A DNA stretch of 64,000 nt from positions 2,048,001-2,112,000 of the forward strand of contig CAWIIB010000001.1 in assembly GCA_963836075.1 (NCBI GenBank), given 5' to 3'. The position numbers and the translations under genes are program-made. Of this stretch, positions 19,442-29,077 are shown in pieces. The notes beneath the pieces are model-generated. The model was not told where the DNA came from, did not search any database, and was given only the letters and a program-made list of their open reading frames with translations. The stretch is from an uncultured Acidobacteriota bacterium (GTDB lineage Bacteria > Acidobacteriota > JAQAZP01). Each line of letters starts with the position of its first letter. The first letter of the stretch is position 1.

Positions 19442-21856
19442 TCAATTCTCGAGGAAGGCCACCTTGGCGCCGTATCCCACCTCTCCCGCCGGGTAGGCGA
19501 GGAAATCGATATCTTCCATGGCGGTCAGCGTCATGCCGTCGTAATTCCAGCCGCGGACCCGGGCGTCGAAATCCGGCCCCGGGCCGGGTGCGGTGATGAG
19601 CTCGTCGATGCCGTCACCGTCCAGGTCACCGGCGCCCACTTCCACGCCGTACTCGGTGGTGTCATAGGCGAAAAAGCTGATGCCCTGGATCGGCACCACC
19701 GACCCGCCGTCGATGTTCCAGCCCCGCACGTGGGGGCCGAAGACCACACCCGGCCCGGCGCCGGTGATGATCTCGTCCATCCCGTCACCGTCCAGGTCGC
19801 CGCAGGCGACATTGACGCCCCATTTCAACGTACTGTAAGCAAAATAGCTCACTCCGGCCAGCGGCCCCGCTGTCCCGCCGTCCACATTCCAGCCCCGCAC
19901 GTGGGGGCCGAAAACCGCGCCCGGCCCGGCACCGGTGACGATCTCGTCCATCCCGTCGCCGTCCAGGTCGCCGCAAGCGACATTTACACCGTATTTCAGC
20001 GTGCCGTAAGCGAAATAGCTCACCCCGGGCACCGCGGCCACCGCGCCGCTGTCATAACTGAACCCCCGCACGTGAGGGCCGAACACCGCGCCGGGACCGG
20101 CGCCGGTGACGAACTCGTCGCGGCCGTCACCGTCCAGGTCGCCGGCGGTGACGTTGACGCCGTATTTGTTGGTACCGTACGCGAGGAAGGACGCCCCGGT
20201 CACCGCTGTGCCGGTGCTGCTGAAGGCCCGCACCTGGGGGCCAAAGACCGCCCCCGGTCCGGGGCCGGTGATGATCTCGTCCCCCGGGTCGTCATCGATG
20301 CGGCCGGCCGCGACGTTGACACCGTATTTGTCAGCGCCATAGGCGACAAAGGAGACGACCATGCCGTTGCCGGGGACGAACCCGCGCACCTCGGGCGGGT
20401 TGTCCGGGCCGGGACCGGGGCCGGTGAGGACCAGGCCGTCATAGTCACCCGTGCCGTTGTTGATGAAGAGGTAGTTGCCCACACTGCTGTCCCAGTTGGA
20501 GACCGCTATTTCAAGGTCGAGCGAGTACTCATAAAGGATCTCCACCGGCAGTCCATCCGGGTCATCCGGCAGGCTGACCCAGCCGTTCTCCAAGTCTGCG
20601 CAGTAATCGGTAACCTGCGTGTCATAGACCATTACCCAGAGGATCTTTTCCACCGGTCGGTGGGGAAGCTGGTAGAGGGTCTTCCCCGGCGGCGGGGCCC
20701 CTTCGTAAAATGTGTTCTGACGGATCCCGTCCCGATCGGTGTCGCCGAAACAGATGCGCTCCACCACGCTGCCGGTGGAGGAGGCCCAGACCGCTGATGA
20801 GCTGAGCGTACCGCCCTGGTTCAGGTGCACCCGCACCGGCCCCCACCACTGGCCGGAAAAGAGGTCGAGGTCGCCGTCGTTGTCCACGTCGCTGAAGGCC
20901 ACCGAGGAGCCGTAGCCCCCCTCGTCGGACGTCCAGGCCGGCATCGTGCCCAGGGTGCCGGATCCGTTGTTGACATAGAGTTTGAACCGGCCGCTGCCGC
21001 CCAGCTGGTTGTTGTCGGCCACCGCCAGGTCGGGCCAGCCGTCGCCGGTGACATCGCCCCAGGCCAGGGTGTTGGCGTCCTGCTCGGCGGTGTCGGCCGA
21101 GCTCCAGCCGGCGGTGGCGCTCATCACGCCGTTGTTGTTGTAGTAGACCCGGTTGGGATCGCCGGAGTTGCAGAAGGCCAGGTCGAGGTCGCCGTCCCGG
21201 TCCACATCGGCCCAGGAAAGGTCATAGCTGGAATCCAGCTCGGACGACTGCCAGACTGGCGTGGTCTCCAGCATTCCCCCCACGTTGCGGAAGATGCGGT
21301 TGGTGCGTGGGCGGTTATTGTATGACTCGCCGCAGGCCACTGCCAGGTCGAGGTCGCCGTCGTTGTCCAGATCGCCAAAAGCGCAGCGGAAGGTGTAGAC
21401 ATCCTCGTCCGCCGCCCATGACGGAGTCGATTCCAGGGTTCCGCTGCCGTCGTTCAGATAGAGCTTGATCTTGCCGTCCTGGCTGAACCCGGCGGCGCCG
21501 ATGTAGACCGATGCCGCCACGTCCGGCCAGCCGTCGCCGTTGACATCGCCCACCGAGAGGTGACCGTGATAGTCGATGTCGCCGGACTCCCAATCGGGGT
21601 TGCCGGGAAAGGTTCCGTCCCCCTGGTTGTAGTAGACCGCCAGGTGCTGGCGGTAGATATCGTTGCCGTTGGCCACCACCAGGTCGGGCCAGCCATCGAG
21701 GTCCAGGTCGGCCAGCATGGCGCCGGTGGAAACCTCGGTGTCCGACGATTCCCAGTTCGGTGTGGCGTCGTAAGGCAGGCTGCCGGCGAATAGGGCCGGC
21801 GCAAAGGCCAGACAACAGCCGAGTAAAAGGATCCGAACAGAACGATTTCTGATCAT
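19442..21856 (-). CDS. Secreted double-propeller protein (N-terminal FG-GAP/VCBS propeller + shared C-terminal module), no recognisable catalytic domain
   Basis: Signal peptide; seven N-terminal DxD/N/TxDG loops; C-terminal GAGPGAVFGPHVR repeats. Confidence 0.88.
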   Translation of the reverse strand: MIRNRSVRILLLGCCLAFAPALFAGSLPYDATPNWESSDTEVSTGAMLADLDLDGWPDLVVANGNDIYRQHLAVYYNQGDGTFPGNPDWESGDIDYHGHLSVGDVNGDGWPDVAASVYIGAAGFSQDGKIKLYLNDGSGTLESTPSWAADEDVYTFRCAFGDLDNDGDLDLAVACGESYNNRPRTNRIFRNVGGMLETTPVWQSSELDSSYDLSWADVDRDGDLDLAFCNSGDPNRVYYNNNGVMSATAGWSSADTAEQDANTLAWGDVTGDGWPDLAVADNNQLGGSGRFKLYVNNGSGTLGTMPAWTSDEGGYGSSVAFSDVDNDGDLDLFSGQWWGPVRVHLNQGGTLSSSAVWASSTGSVVERICFGDTDRDGIRQNTFYEGAPPPGKTLYQLPHRPVEKILWVMVYDTQVTDYCADLENGWVSLPDDPDGLPVEILYEYSLDLEIAVSNWDSSVGNYLFINNGTGDYDGLVLTGPGPGPDNPPEVRGFVPGNGMVVSFVAYGADKYGVNVAAGRIDDDPGDEIITGPGPGAVFGPQVRAFSSTGTAVTGASFLAYGTNKYGVNVTAGDLDGDGRDEFVTGAGPGAVFGPHVRGFSYDSGAVAAVPGVSYFAYGTLKYGVNVACGDLDGDGMDEIVTGAGPGAVFGPHVRGWNVDGGTAGPLAGVSYFAYSTLKWGVNVACGDLDGDGMDEIITGAGPGVVFGPHVRGWNIDGGSVVPIQGISFFAYDTTEYGVEVGAGDLDGDGIDELITAPGPGPDFDARVRGWNYDGMTLTAMEDIDFLAYPAGEVGYGAKVAFLEN
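19445..20437 (-). repeat. C-terminal propeller module, copy 4
   Basis: 5 full + 1 split repeat, ends GAKVAFLEN*. Confidence 0.9.
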
Positions 21857-21945
21857 CTCATCCTCCTGGCACAGGGCCGGACAAACCCGCCGGGCGGGCA
21901 ATGACATGCGGGCAAGGCTTTGAAAATATATCACACCGGTTCAGG

Positions 21946-23769
21946 TCAGGGTGCCGCGGCCGTGAGGGCGGCGCTGGCCGTGGCCGTGCCGCCGGCCGCC
22001 GGGTAGGGCGGCTGGTTGTACGGGGCGGGGGTCACGTCTTCAGCCGCCAGGGTGAAGACATTGAGCCCGATCAGCGAGCCGGCCGCCGGGATAGTCTGGT
22101 TCCAGGAGCTGGTGAACCGGTCGCCCGGTGAGACGTTGGTGTACCCGGCCCGCCAGGAGTTGACGGAACTGCCGTTGGCCAGGGCGATGTTGATCCGCCC
22201 GGCGAGACGGCGGACCTGGCCGGGGTAGGTGTTGGCCAGGGAAACACTGAAGTTGGCCACGAAGGGCACCTGACCGCTGTCGGGGGTCACGGTAAACCCG
22301 GCGGCCAGGGTGGAGGTGGACGCGGAACCGTTGTTGGCGAAGAGGTAGTTGCCGTCGTCGCCGTCCCAGTTGCTCACCGCCATCTCCTGGTCAAAGGACC
22401 AGGTGAAGCCCACGGCCACGGTGGCGCCGGCCGGATCGGCGGCCAGGCTGACCCAGCCGTTCTCCAGATCGAAACAGTAGGCCCCGCTGACCAGCGGACT
22501 GCCGCCAACCGCCACCGAATCGATGGATTCCAGGGGCCGACGGGGCAGAGTGTAGAGGGTCTGTCCGCCGGTCCCCTCGAATACGGCCGTGGCCTGCCGC
22601 AGGTCGTCCCGGTCGGTGTCGGCGAAACAGATCCGTTCCACCACGCTGCTGGTGGAGGCGGTCCAGACCGCCGACGAGCTGAGGGTGCCGCCCTGGTTCT
22701 CGTGCACCCGCACCGGGCCCCACCACTGCCCGGAAAAGAGGTCGAGGTCACCATCATCGTCAGCGTCGCTGAAGACCACCGATGACCCGTAGCCATTCTC
22801 ACTGGAAGTCCAGGCCGGAATGGTGCCCAGGGTGCCGGAGCCATTGTTCACATACAGCTTGAACCGGCCGCTGCCCCCCAGCTGGTTGTTGTCGGCCACC
22901 GCCAGGTCCGGCCAACCGTCGCCGGTGACGTCGGCCCAGGCCAGGGTGTTGGCATCCAGGGACAGATCGGTGGAGCTCCAGCCGGCGCTGGTCTCCAGCA
23001 GACCGCCGTTGTTGTAGTAGACCCGGTTGGGGTCGCCGGAGTTGCAAAAGGCGAGGTCGAGGTCGCCGTCCCGGTCCACGTCGGCCCAGGAAACGTCGTA
23101 ACTGGAGTCCAGTTCGTCGGAGAGCCAGGCCGGCGTCGACTCCAGCATCCCGCCGCTGTTGCGGAACACCCGGTTGTATCGCGGCCGGTTGTAATACGAC
23201 TCGCCGCAGGCCACCGCCAGGTCCAGGTCGCCATCGTTGTCCATGTCGCCGAAAGCGCAGCGGAAAGAGTAGACATCCTGGCCGGCCGTCCAGGCGGGGA
23301 TCGCCCCCAGGGTGCCGGCCCCGTTGTTGAGATAGAGCTTGACCGTGCCGTCCTGGCTGAACCCGGCGGCGCCGATGTAGACCGACACCGCCACATCGGG
23401 CCAGCCGTCGCCGTTGACGTCGCCCACCGAGAGATGTCCGTGGTAATCGATGTCGGTGGACTGCCAGTCGGGGTTGCCGGGGAAGGTGCCGTTACCCTGG
23501 TTGTAGTAGACCGCCAGCCGCTGGCGTTGGATGTCGTTGCCGTTGGCCACCACCAGGTCGGGCCAGCCGTCGCGGTCGATGTCGGCCAGTGCCGCGCCGG
23601 TGGAGACCCGGGTGTCCGAAGAGACCCAGGCCGGAGAGGTCCCATAGGGAACCTGCGCTGAAACCGGAGCCGCCGCCAGCAGGAGCAGGCAACCGGCGAC
23701 GAGCAGGTATGAAATGAGCGCCCGGGAACAGGGACAGTCCCGTCCGGGACGGATGGCGATGCTGATCAT
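21946..23769 (-). CDS. Secreted FG-GAP/VCBS propeller protein with an alternative ~120-aa C-terminal domain
   Basis: Paralog of 19442..21856 up to 'AVSNWD..GNYLF.NNG', then an unrelated beta-rich tail ending PYNQPPYPAAGGTATASAALTAAAP*. Confidence 0.88.
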   Translation of the reverse strand: MISIAIRPGRDCPCSRALISYLLVAGCLLLLAAAPVSAQVPYGTSPAWVSSDTRVSTGAALADIDRDGWPDLVVANGNDIQRQRLAVYYNQGNGTFPGNPDWQSTDIDYHGHLSVGDVNGDGWPDVAVSVYIGAAGFSQDGTVKLYLNNGAGTLGAIPAWTAGQDVYSFRCAFGDMDNDGDLDLAVACGESYYNRPRYNRVFRNSGGMLESTPAWLSDELDSSYDVSWADVDRDGDLDLAFCNSGDPNRVYYNNGGLLETSAGWSSTDLSLDANTLAWADVTGDGWPDLAVADNNQLGGSGRFKLYVNNGSGTLGTIPAWTSSENGYGSSVVFSDADDDGDLDLFSGQWWGPVRVHENQGGTLSSSAVWTASTSSVVERICFADTDRDDLRQATAVFEGTGGQTLYTLPRRPLESIDSVAVGGSPLVSGAYCFDLENGWVSLAADPAGATVAVGFTWSFDQEMAVSNWDGDDGNYLFANNGSASTSTLAAGFTVTPDSGQVPFVANFSVSLANTYPGQVRRLAGRINIALANGSSVNSWRAGYTNVSPGDRFTSSWNQTIPAAGSLIGLNVFTLAAEDVTPAPYNQPPYPAAGGTATASAALTAAAP

Positions 23770-23886
23770 GGAAACCTCCGATTGGCTGGCCGCCGGCACC
23801 GAGGAAAAGCTCCGACCGACGAACGTCTGCGGGCAAGGCTGGAGTTATTTTAACACGTTTCTTCACCGCCGGGCCCGGAGGGTCTG

Positions 23887-25113
23887 CTACCGGATAACCC
23901 CCACCTTGCGCAAGCCGCGCTCGAACTGGGCCTTGCGGTCCTCCAGATCGCCGGTGTAGCCGATGGAGAAGCGGATCAGGCCCGGGGAGAGACCCATTTG
24001 CGCCTGGTCCTCGTCGGAGATTTCCGACGAGGTGGTGGAGCCGGAACAGGACATCAGGGTGTCGAAATAGCCGAGGGAGACGGCGATCAGGCCGAACCGC
24101 TCCTCGTTCTGCAGCACTTCCAGCAACTGGTCCGCCCGCTCCGGGGTCCGGCAATCGATGGTCAGCATGCCGCCGTAGCCGTAACTGTCGTCGTTGAGCA
24201 TCGAGCCCATCAGTTCGCGCTGCGGGTGGGTCTCCAGGCCCGGGTAGCTGACCGGGGCGCCGAGGGCCTCGGCGTGGCGGGCCAGGGCCATGGCCCGGCG
24301 GGAGTGCTCGCGCATGCGCAGCGGCAGGCTGGGCAGCCGCTGGATCAGGTCGAAGGCCGCCCGCGGGTCCATGGTGGGGCCGAGCAGCATCACCCGGCCG
24401 GTGTGCAGGTCCATCAGCTCGTAGATGAACTCCTTGGTGCCGCAGATCACACCGGCGATCATGTCGCTGGCCCCGTTGACGAACTTGGTCAGCGAGTAGA
24501 TCACCACGTGGGCGCCGAGGGCGACGGGCGAGATCATGGCCGGGGTGAAGGTGTTGTCCACCACCAGCTTGAGGCCGTGTTCGTCGGCCAGTTTGCCCAG
24601 CGCCGGGATATCGGCCACTTTCAGCGTGGGGTTGCCCAGGGTCTCGGTGAAGAGCACTTTCGTTTTCGGAGTGATGGCCGCGGCAAAGGCAGCGGTGTCC
24701 GAGGGATCCACAAAGGTGGTCTCGATGCCCATGTCGGGGAGCACCTCGTTGAACAGGGCATGGGTGCCGCCGTAGACCGTGTCCGACGAGACGATGTGGT
24801 CGCCACTGCGGCAGATCTGCAGTATGGTGCAGGAGATGGCGGACATGCCGCTGGCGGTGCAGATGGCATGACCCGACCCCTCCAGCGCCGCCAGGTAGCG
24901 GGCCGCCACATCGACGGTGGGGTTGAAGTGACGGCTGTAGAGGAAACAGCCGCCGGTGTCGGGCCCCTTCAGTCCGTCAAAGATCTCGGGCATGGTTCCC
25001 GGCTCGAGCACGGTGAACGTGGACGAGCGGTCCACCGAGGGGCAGACCCCGCCAAACTCACCGAACTCTCGCTTGGCCTGCTGGAGGGCCTTCTCCGGAT
25101 TGTGCTTTTTCAT
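23887..25113 (-). CDS. Cys/Met metabolism PLP-dependent lyase (methionine gamma-lyase-like)
   Basis: 'YSRHFNPT', 'SGMSA', 'YGGT', 'DNTF', 'SLTK' PLP lysine, 'AVSLG'. Confidence 0.88.
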   Translation of the reverse strand: MKKHNPEKALQQAKREFGEFGGVCPSVDRSSTFTVLEPGTMPEIFDGLKGPDTGGCFLYSRHFNPTVDVAARYLAALEGSGHAICTASGMSAISCTILQICRSGDHIVSSDTVYGGTHALFNEVLPDMGIETTFVDPSDTAAFAAAITPKTKVLFTETLGNPTLKVADIPALGKLADEHGLKLVVDNTFTPAMISPVALGAHVVIYSLTKFVNGASDMIAGVICGTKEFIYELMDLHTGRVMLLGPTMDPRAAFDLIQRLPSLPLRMREHSRRAMALARHAEALGAPVSYPGLETHPQRELMGSMLNDDSYGYGGMLTIDCRTPERADQLLEVLQNEERFGLIAVSLGYFDTLMSCSGSTTSSEISDEDQAQMGLSPGLIRFSIGYTGDLEDRKAQFERGLRKVGVIR

Positions 25114-25266
25114 GGTGTATCCCCTGTATGGCTCATTGCGGCCCCCGGGTTCCCGGCGGGCGGGTCTCCGATCCCGGCACCGGCCGGCTGATTGTCTGGC
25201 AGTATAGGAAAGGTGCCTTCGCAGATCAAGGAACAGCAGCGGCCGGAGACGGCTCGTCCGGCTCCG

Positions 25267-25275
25267 TGCTACACT
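25267..25275 (+). promoter_or_regulatory. Extended -10 (TGcTACACT), probable leaderless promoter of the EamA gene
   Basis: TGnTACACT ends 5 nt before ATG 25281, with no clear SD sequence. Confidence 0.4.
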
Positions 25276-25280
25276 TCGGA

Positions 25281-26237
25281 ATGCGAAAACCATCGGGTTT
25301 CATCATTGCCGGGACCTTCGTCCTGTTGACCCTGATCTGGGGCACCACCTGGGCCGCCATCCGCATCGGCCTCGCCGGCATCCCCCCGGTCACCGGAGTG
25401 GCGCTGCGCTTCGCCATCGCCGCGGTGATACTGCTGGCCATGGCGCCACTGTTCAAGGTCCGCTTCGGCCGCACCCCGGGTGAACGGCGGCTCTGGGTGC
25501 TCAACGCCCTCTGTTCGTTCTGTGCCTCTTACGGCATCGTCTACTGGGCCGAGCAGTGGCTCCCCTCCGGCCTGACATCGGTGATTTTCGCCACCATGCC
25601 GCTCTTCGTCGCCCTGATGGCCCACGTCGCCCTACCCGGAGAGCGCCTGACGAGGAAAGGTTTCTTTGGCGTGGTTCTCGGATTCGGCGGCGTGGCGCTG
25701 ATCTTCTCCGAGGATTTCACGCTGCTGGTGGGACCGATGGCCGCCACCGCCTCGGTGGTGCTGCTCATCTCGCCACTGCTCTCGGCAGTGGCCAGCGTAT
25801 CGATCAAGAAGTGGGGCAAGGAGATCCACCCCATCTCCATTTCGGCGATACCCATGGGGATCGCCGCGGGCCTGATGGGAGCGCTGGCCCTTGCCGTGGA
25901 GGGGGATAGGCAACCGGTTTTTGACGCGGTGTCGGTGGGCGCCCTGCTCTACCTGGCGGTGCTCGGATCGGCGGTGACCTTCAGCCTCTACTTCTGGCTG
26001 CTGACCCACGTGGATGCCACAAAAATGTCGCTGATCGCCTACACCGCCCCGGTGGTGGCGGTCAGCGTGGGGGCGCTGGTTTTTGACGAACCGCTGACCT
26101 GGAGGATCCTCTGGGGTTCAGCGCTGGTGATCGGGGGGGTGGCCCTGGCGGTGCACCGGCCCGGCGGGTTCAGCCGGCCAGCCAGCGCAGCAGCTCCTGC
26201 AGCAGCAACACGCCGAAAAGCAGCAGGGCCAGAATAA
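25281..26237 (+). CDS. EamA/DMT family transporter
   Basis: 'IWGTTW', 'ALRF', two EamA halves, 'GERL', 'DEPL'. Confidence 0.9.
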   Translation: MRKPSGFIIAGTFVLLTLIWGTTWAAIRIGLAGIPPVTGVALRFAIAAVILLAMAPLFKVRFGRTPGERRLWVLNALCSFCASYGIVYWAEQWLPSGLTSVIFATMPLFVALMAHVALPGERLTRKGFFGVVLGFGGVALIFSEDFTLLVGPMAATASVVLLISPLLSAVASVSIKKWGKEIHPISISAIPMGIAAGLMGALALAVEGDRQPVFDAVSVGALLYLAVLGSAVTFSLYFWLLTHVDATKMSLIAYTAPVVAVSVGALVFDEPLTWRILWGSALVIGGVALAVHRPGGFSRPASAAAPAAATRRKAAGPE

Positions 26238-27405
26238 TCAGAATATTGCCGGCCGGACCGTTGCGCCACCGGCCGATCCACCCCTGCCGGTTGTTGAGAA
26301 TCAGCAGGGTGGCGGCAAGAACGGGCATGAACAGGGCGCCGGACACGGCGTAGGCCATCACCAGCCAGACCGGTTTGGCGGCCAGCAGAAGAACCATTGG
26401 CGGCAGGGCGAGATAGACCAGCCAGGCCCGGTATGCCGGGCTGCGATCCAACGGGACCACCGTATCGCCCTGGCCGGACCGCGAGCGGAGGATGTTCACC
26501 GAATCGGCAAAGATGTACGGGACGCCCTGCCAGACCCCGAGCATCGAGCTGAACACCGCACCCCAGAAACCGAGCAGAAAACTCCACCGCCCCACCGGGC
26601 CCACCGCGGCGCCCACCCGTTCGGCCAGCCCGAGGACCATACCGCTGCCGGTGGCCACCTCGGGGCGGACACCGGCCGCCACCACCACCACCGCCATACC
26701 GAACAGACCGGTGAGCAGGTAGGCCACGCCCAGGTCGATCCGGCTCAGCCCGAGGCGTTCCGGTCCGCGCCAGCCCCGCTCCCTGATCCAGTAGCCGTAA
26801 CTGAGCAGGGTCACACTGCCACCCACTCCGCCGATCAGCCCGACCACCAGGGCGGCGCGCCCGGCGGGGATGACGGGCAGCAGGCCGGAGAGGATCTCCC
26901 GCCATCCTGGAGCGGTCAGCACGGCGCAGACCATCACCACCAGGAACATCAGCGCGATGAGGCCCTTCATCAGCCGCTCCAGCAGCTGGTAGCGGCCGAG
27001 GAGGACGAGGAGCAGGGCGGCCAGGGAATGCAGCGCACCCCAGGCGGCCACCGTCAGCGAGGGGCAGAGGGCGTTGGCGGCCAGACCGCAAGCGGCCATC
27101 AACGCCCCGGCCACGACAAAGGACCAGAGGAACAGGTAGGCGAGAAACCCGAGGAAGAAGAGACGGGGGAGCCGGTGGGCCCACCCTTCGAGGAGGGTGG
27201 TCCCGGTGGCCAGCTGCCAGCGGGCCAGGCCCTCGTTCAGCGCGAACTTGAGCAGGGCCCCGGCCAGCACGGCCCAGAGCACCCTCGTGCCGAAGATGGC
27301 CCCGCAGACCGCGGCGGCCACGAGATCCCCGGCACCCACACCGGTGGCGGCGATAATGATTCCCGGCCCGATGGCCCTGAGCATGCCCGGGTTCCGTACG
27401 GTCAT
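26170..27405 (-). CDS. Nramp-family divalent metal transporter
   Basis: 'GPGIIIAATGVGAGDL', 'RWQLATG', 'GGVGG', 'AVFSS'; about 11 TM segments. Confidence 0.85.
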   Translation of the reverse strand: MTVRNPGMLRAIGPGIIIAATGVGAGDLVAAAVCGAIFGTRVLWAVLAGALLKFALNEGLARWQLATGTTLLEGWAHRLPRLFFLGFLAYLFLWSFVVAGALMAACGLAANALCPSLTVAAWGALHSLAALLLVLLGRYQLLERLMKGLIALMFLVVMVCAVLTAPGWREILSGLLPVIPAGRAALVVGLIGGVGGSVTLLSYGYWIRERGWRGPERLGLSRIDLGVAYLLTGLFGMAVVVVAAGVRPEVATGSGMVLGLAERVGAAVGPVGRWSFLLGFWGAVFSSMLGVWQGVPYIFADSVNILRSRSGQGDTVVPLDRSPAYRAWLVYLALPPMVLLLAAKPVWLVMAYAVSGALFMPVLAATLLILNNRQGWIGRWRNGPAGNILIILALLLFGVLLLQELLRWLAG

Positions 27406-27411
27406 GCCAGC

Positions 27412-27420
27412 ATTGTATCA
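27412..27420 (-). promoter_or_regulatory. Extended -10 (TGaTACAAT), probable leaderless promoter of the Nramp gene
   Basis: TGnTACAAT ends 6 nt before ATG 27405 on the minus strand. Confidence 0.5.
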
Positions 27421-27456
27421 GATGGGATTGGAGCGGAGCGTGCGTACAAAAAAAAC

Positions 27457-27541
27457 TGTCAACCCCTCGCCGGCCAGCTGCCGGCCGCGGCGCCGTAGCC
27501 CCGAAGCGGGTCAGCTCGGCTGATGACGGCGAGGTGTCAAC
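27457..27541. repeat. Small inverted-repeat element flanked by direct repeats (MITE/REP-like)
   Basis: TGTCAAC c CCTCGCCG ... CGGCGAGG TGTCAAC. Confidence 0.4.
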
Positions 27542-27736
27542 AGAATTATTATACCATGCGGGAAGCCTTGGGCCACCGGATGGTATACATTTCTTTTCGA
27601 CCGATGCGGCTCACGGCTTTAGCTGAAAACAGGCATTTTCTTGATCGGGTCCCGGCGCTGTGCTATAACCGCTCCTGAGGTTAGACCCCCGGCACGGGCA
27701 GCCGGCGGCCGTCCAGCCATGAAAGGTTTCCTGCAG

Positions 27737-28015
27737 ATGCGGCTCTCTCTGCACCAGATCGACCTCTTCTCCTTCCGGATCGCCAAGCAGTTGCTGCGCA
27801 ACGGCTTCATCGAGGGGATCAAGGAGGACAAGCTCGCTGAGCGGATCGGTGACGCGATCACCGTCGAACTGCGCAAGGAGGACGACCTGAACGACGAGGT
27901 GCGGCAGATCCTCGACCAGTATGCCGACCAGATGCAGGAGGCCGGCGCCCAGTATCACGAGATGTTCAAAAAGATAAAGGCCAAGCTGGTCAGAGAGCGC
28001 AACATCATTCTCTGA
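27737..28015 (+). CDS. DUF507 family protein
   Basis: 'MRLS...EDDLNDEVRQIL...MFKKIKAKLVRER' pattern. Confidence 0.8.
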   Translation: MRLSLHQIDLFSFRIAKQLLRNGFIEGIKEDKLAERIGDAITVELRKEDDLNDEVRQILDQYADQMQEAGAQYHEMFKKIKAKLVRERNIIL

Positions 28016-28024
28016 GTGCGTGTC

Positions 28025-28306
28025 ATGAAACTGAGCCGGGAAAAAATCAATCTCCTCTCCAGCCAGATCGTCGATGACATGGCCGGACAGGGGGACATTA
28101 TCTTCAAGTATCCCCGCAACGAGATCCGCCTGCAGGTGGTGGAGATCCTTCGCGCCGAAATGCTCCGGGAAGAGCAGATCGAGGACACGGCCCGCCAGCG
28201 GCTCACCTCACTGGCCCGGGACATCCCCGAGGGCAGCGAGGAGTGGAACGTGCTCTACGACAAGGCCTACCGGGAAGAGTCCGAGAAACAGCGCAAGGTC
28301 AAATAG
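28025..28306 (+). CDS. DUF507 family protein (second of tandem pair)
   Basis: 'MKLSREKINLLS...IPEGSEEWNVLY' pattern. Confidence 0.8.
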   Translation: MKLSREKINLLSSQIVDDMAGQGDIIFKYPRNEIRLQVVEILRAEMLREEQIEDTARQRLTSLARDIPEGSEEWNVLYDKAYREESEKQRKVK

Positions 28307-28327
28307 CCCTCCCCCTCAGTTGAACTT

Positions 28328-29077
28328 CTAATCACCACCGATGATATCGCCCAATACGCTGGAAAGCCCTTTCCCCCGGCGGTGTTCACCTCTGCTGCCA
28401 CCGGCGGCGGCGGTGATCCGGTCGGCCAGCCTGGAGAAGGGCAGCGTCTGCAGGTACACCGTTCCCGGTCCGGTGAGGTGGGCGAAGAAGAGCCCCTCCC
28501 CGCCGAAGAGGGATGTCTTGATCCCGCCGACCATCTTGATGTCATAGTCCACCGTCTGGTCGAAGGCCACCAGACAACCGGTGTCCACCTTCAGTTTCTG
28601 ACCGGCGGCCAGTTCGATCTTGGTCAGCGTGCCCCCGGCGTGGATGAACAAATCCCCGCTGCCCTGCAGTTTCTGCAGGATGAACCCTTCACCGCCGAAG
28701 AAACCGGCGCCGAGGCGCTTGGTGAAGGCCACGTTGATATCGATGTCACCCGCGGAACAGAGGTAGGCATCTTTCTGGCAGAGCAACGCCTCGTCGTTGA
28801 GGCGCCGGGCGAGGATCTTTCCCGGGTACGGGGCGCTGAAGGCCGCCTGGCCCGAAGGCGCGTTGCAGTGGAAATGGGTGATGAAGAAACTCTCTCCGGC
28901 CAGGACCTTCCGCTTCAGGCCCCCGAGGATCCCGCCATCCATTTTGGCATCCATCTCGATCCCCTCGGTCATGTACATCAGGGCGCCGGCTTCCGCCCGA
29001 ATCACCTGGCCGCTGGTCATGTTGATCACCACGGCCTGCATGTCGTCCCCGATCAGGTGGTAGTTCAAATCGCTCAT
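28328..29077 (-). CDS. AIM24/TIGR00266 family protein
   Basis: 'GDDMQ', 'AEAGA', 'AGESFF', 'FFGGEGF', 'VDTGC', 'LQTLPF'. Confidence 0.9.
   Translation of the reverse strand: MSDLNYHLIGDDMQAVVINMTSGQVIRAEAGALMYMTEGIEMDAKMDGGILGGLKRKVLAGESFFITHFHCNAPSGQAAFSAPYPGKILARRLNDEALLCQKDAYLCSAGDIDINVAFTKRLGAGFFGGEGFILQKLQGSGDLFIHAGGTLTKIELAAGQKLKVDTGCLVAFDQTVDYDIKMVGGIKTSLFGGEGLFFAHLTGPGTVYLQTLPFSRLADRITAAAGGSRGEHRRGKGLSSVLGDIIGGD

Noticed and set aside
19442-23769. Eukaryotic integrin acquired by horizontal transfer
   Set aside because: FG-GAP/VCBS repeats are widespread in bacteria; codon usage is host-like and no integrin leg or TM domains are present
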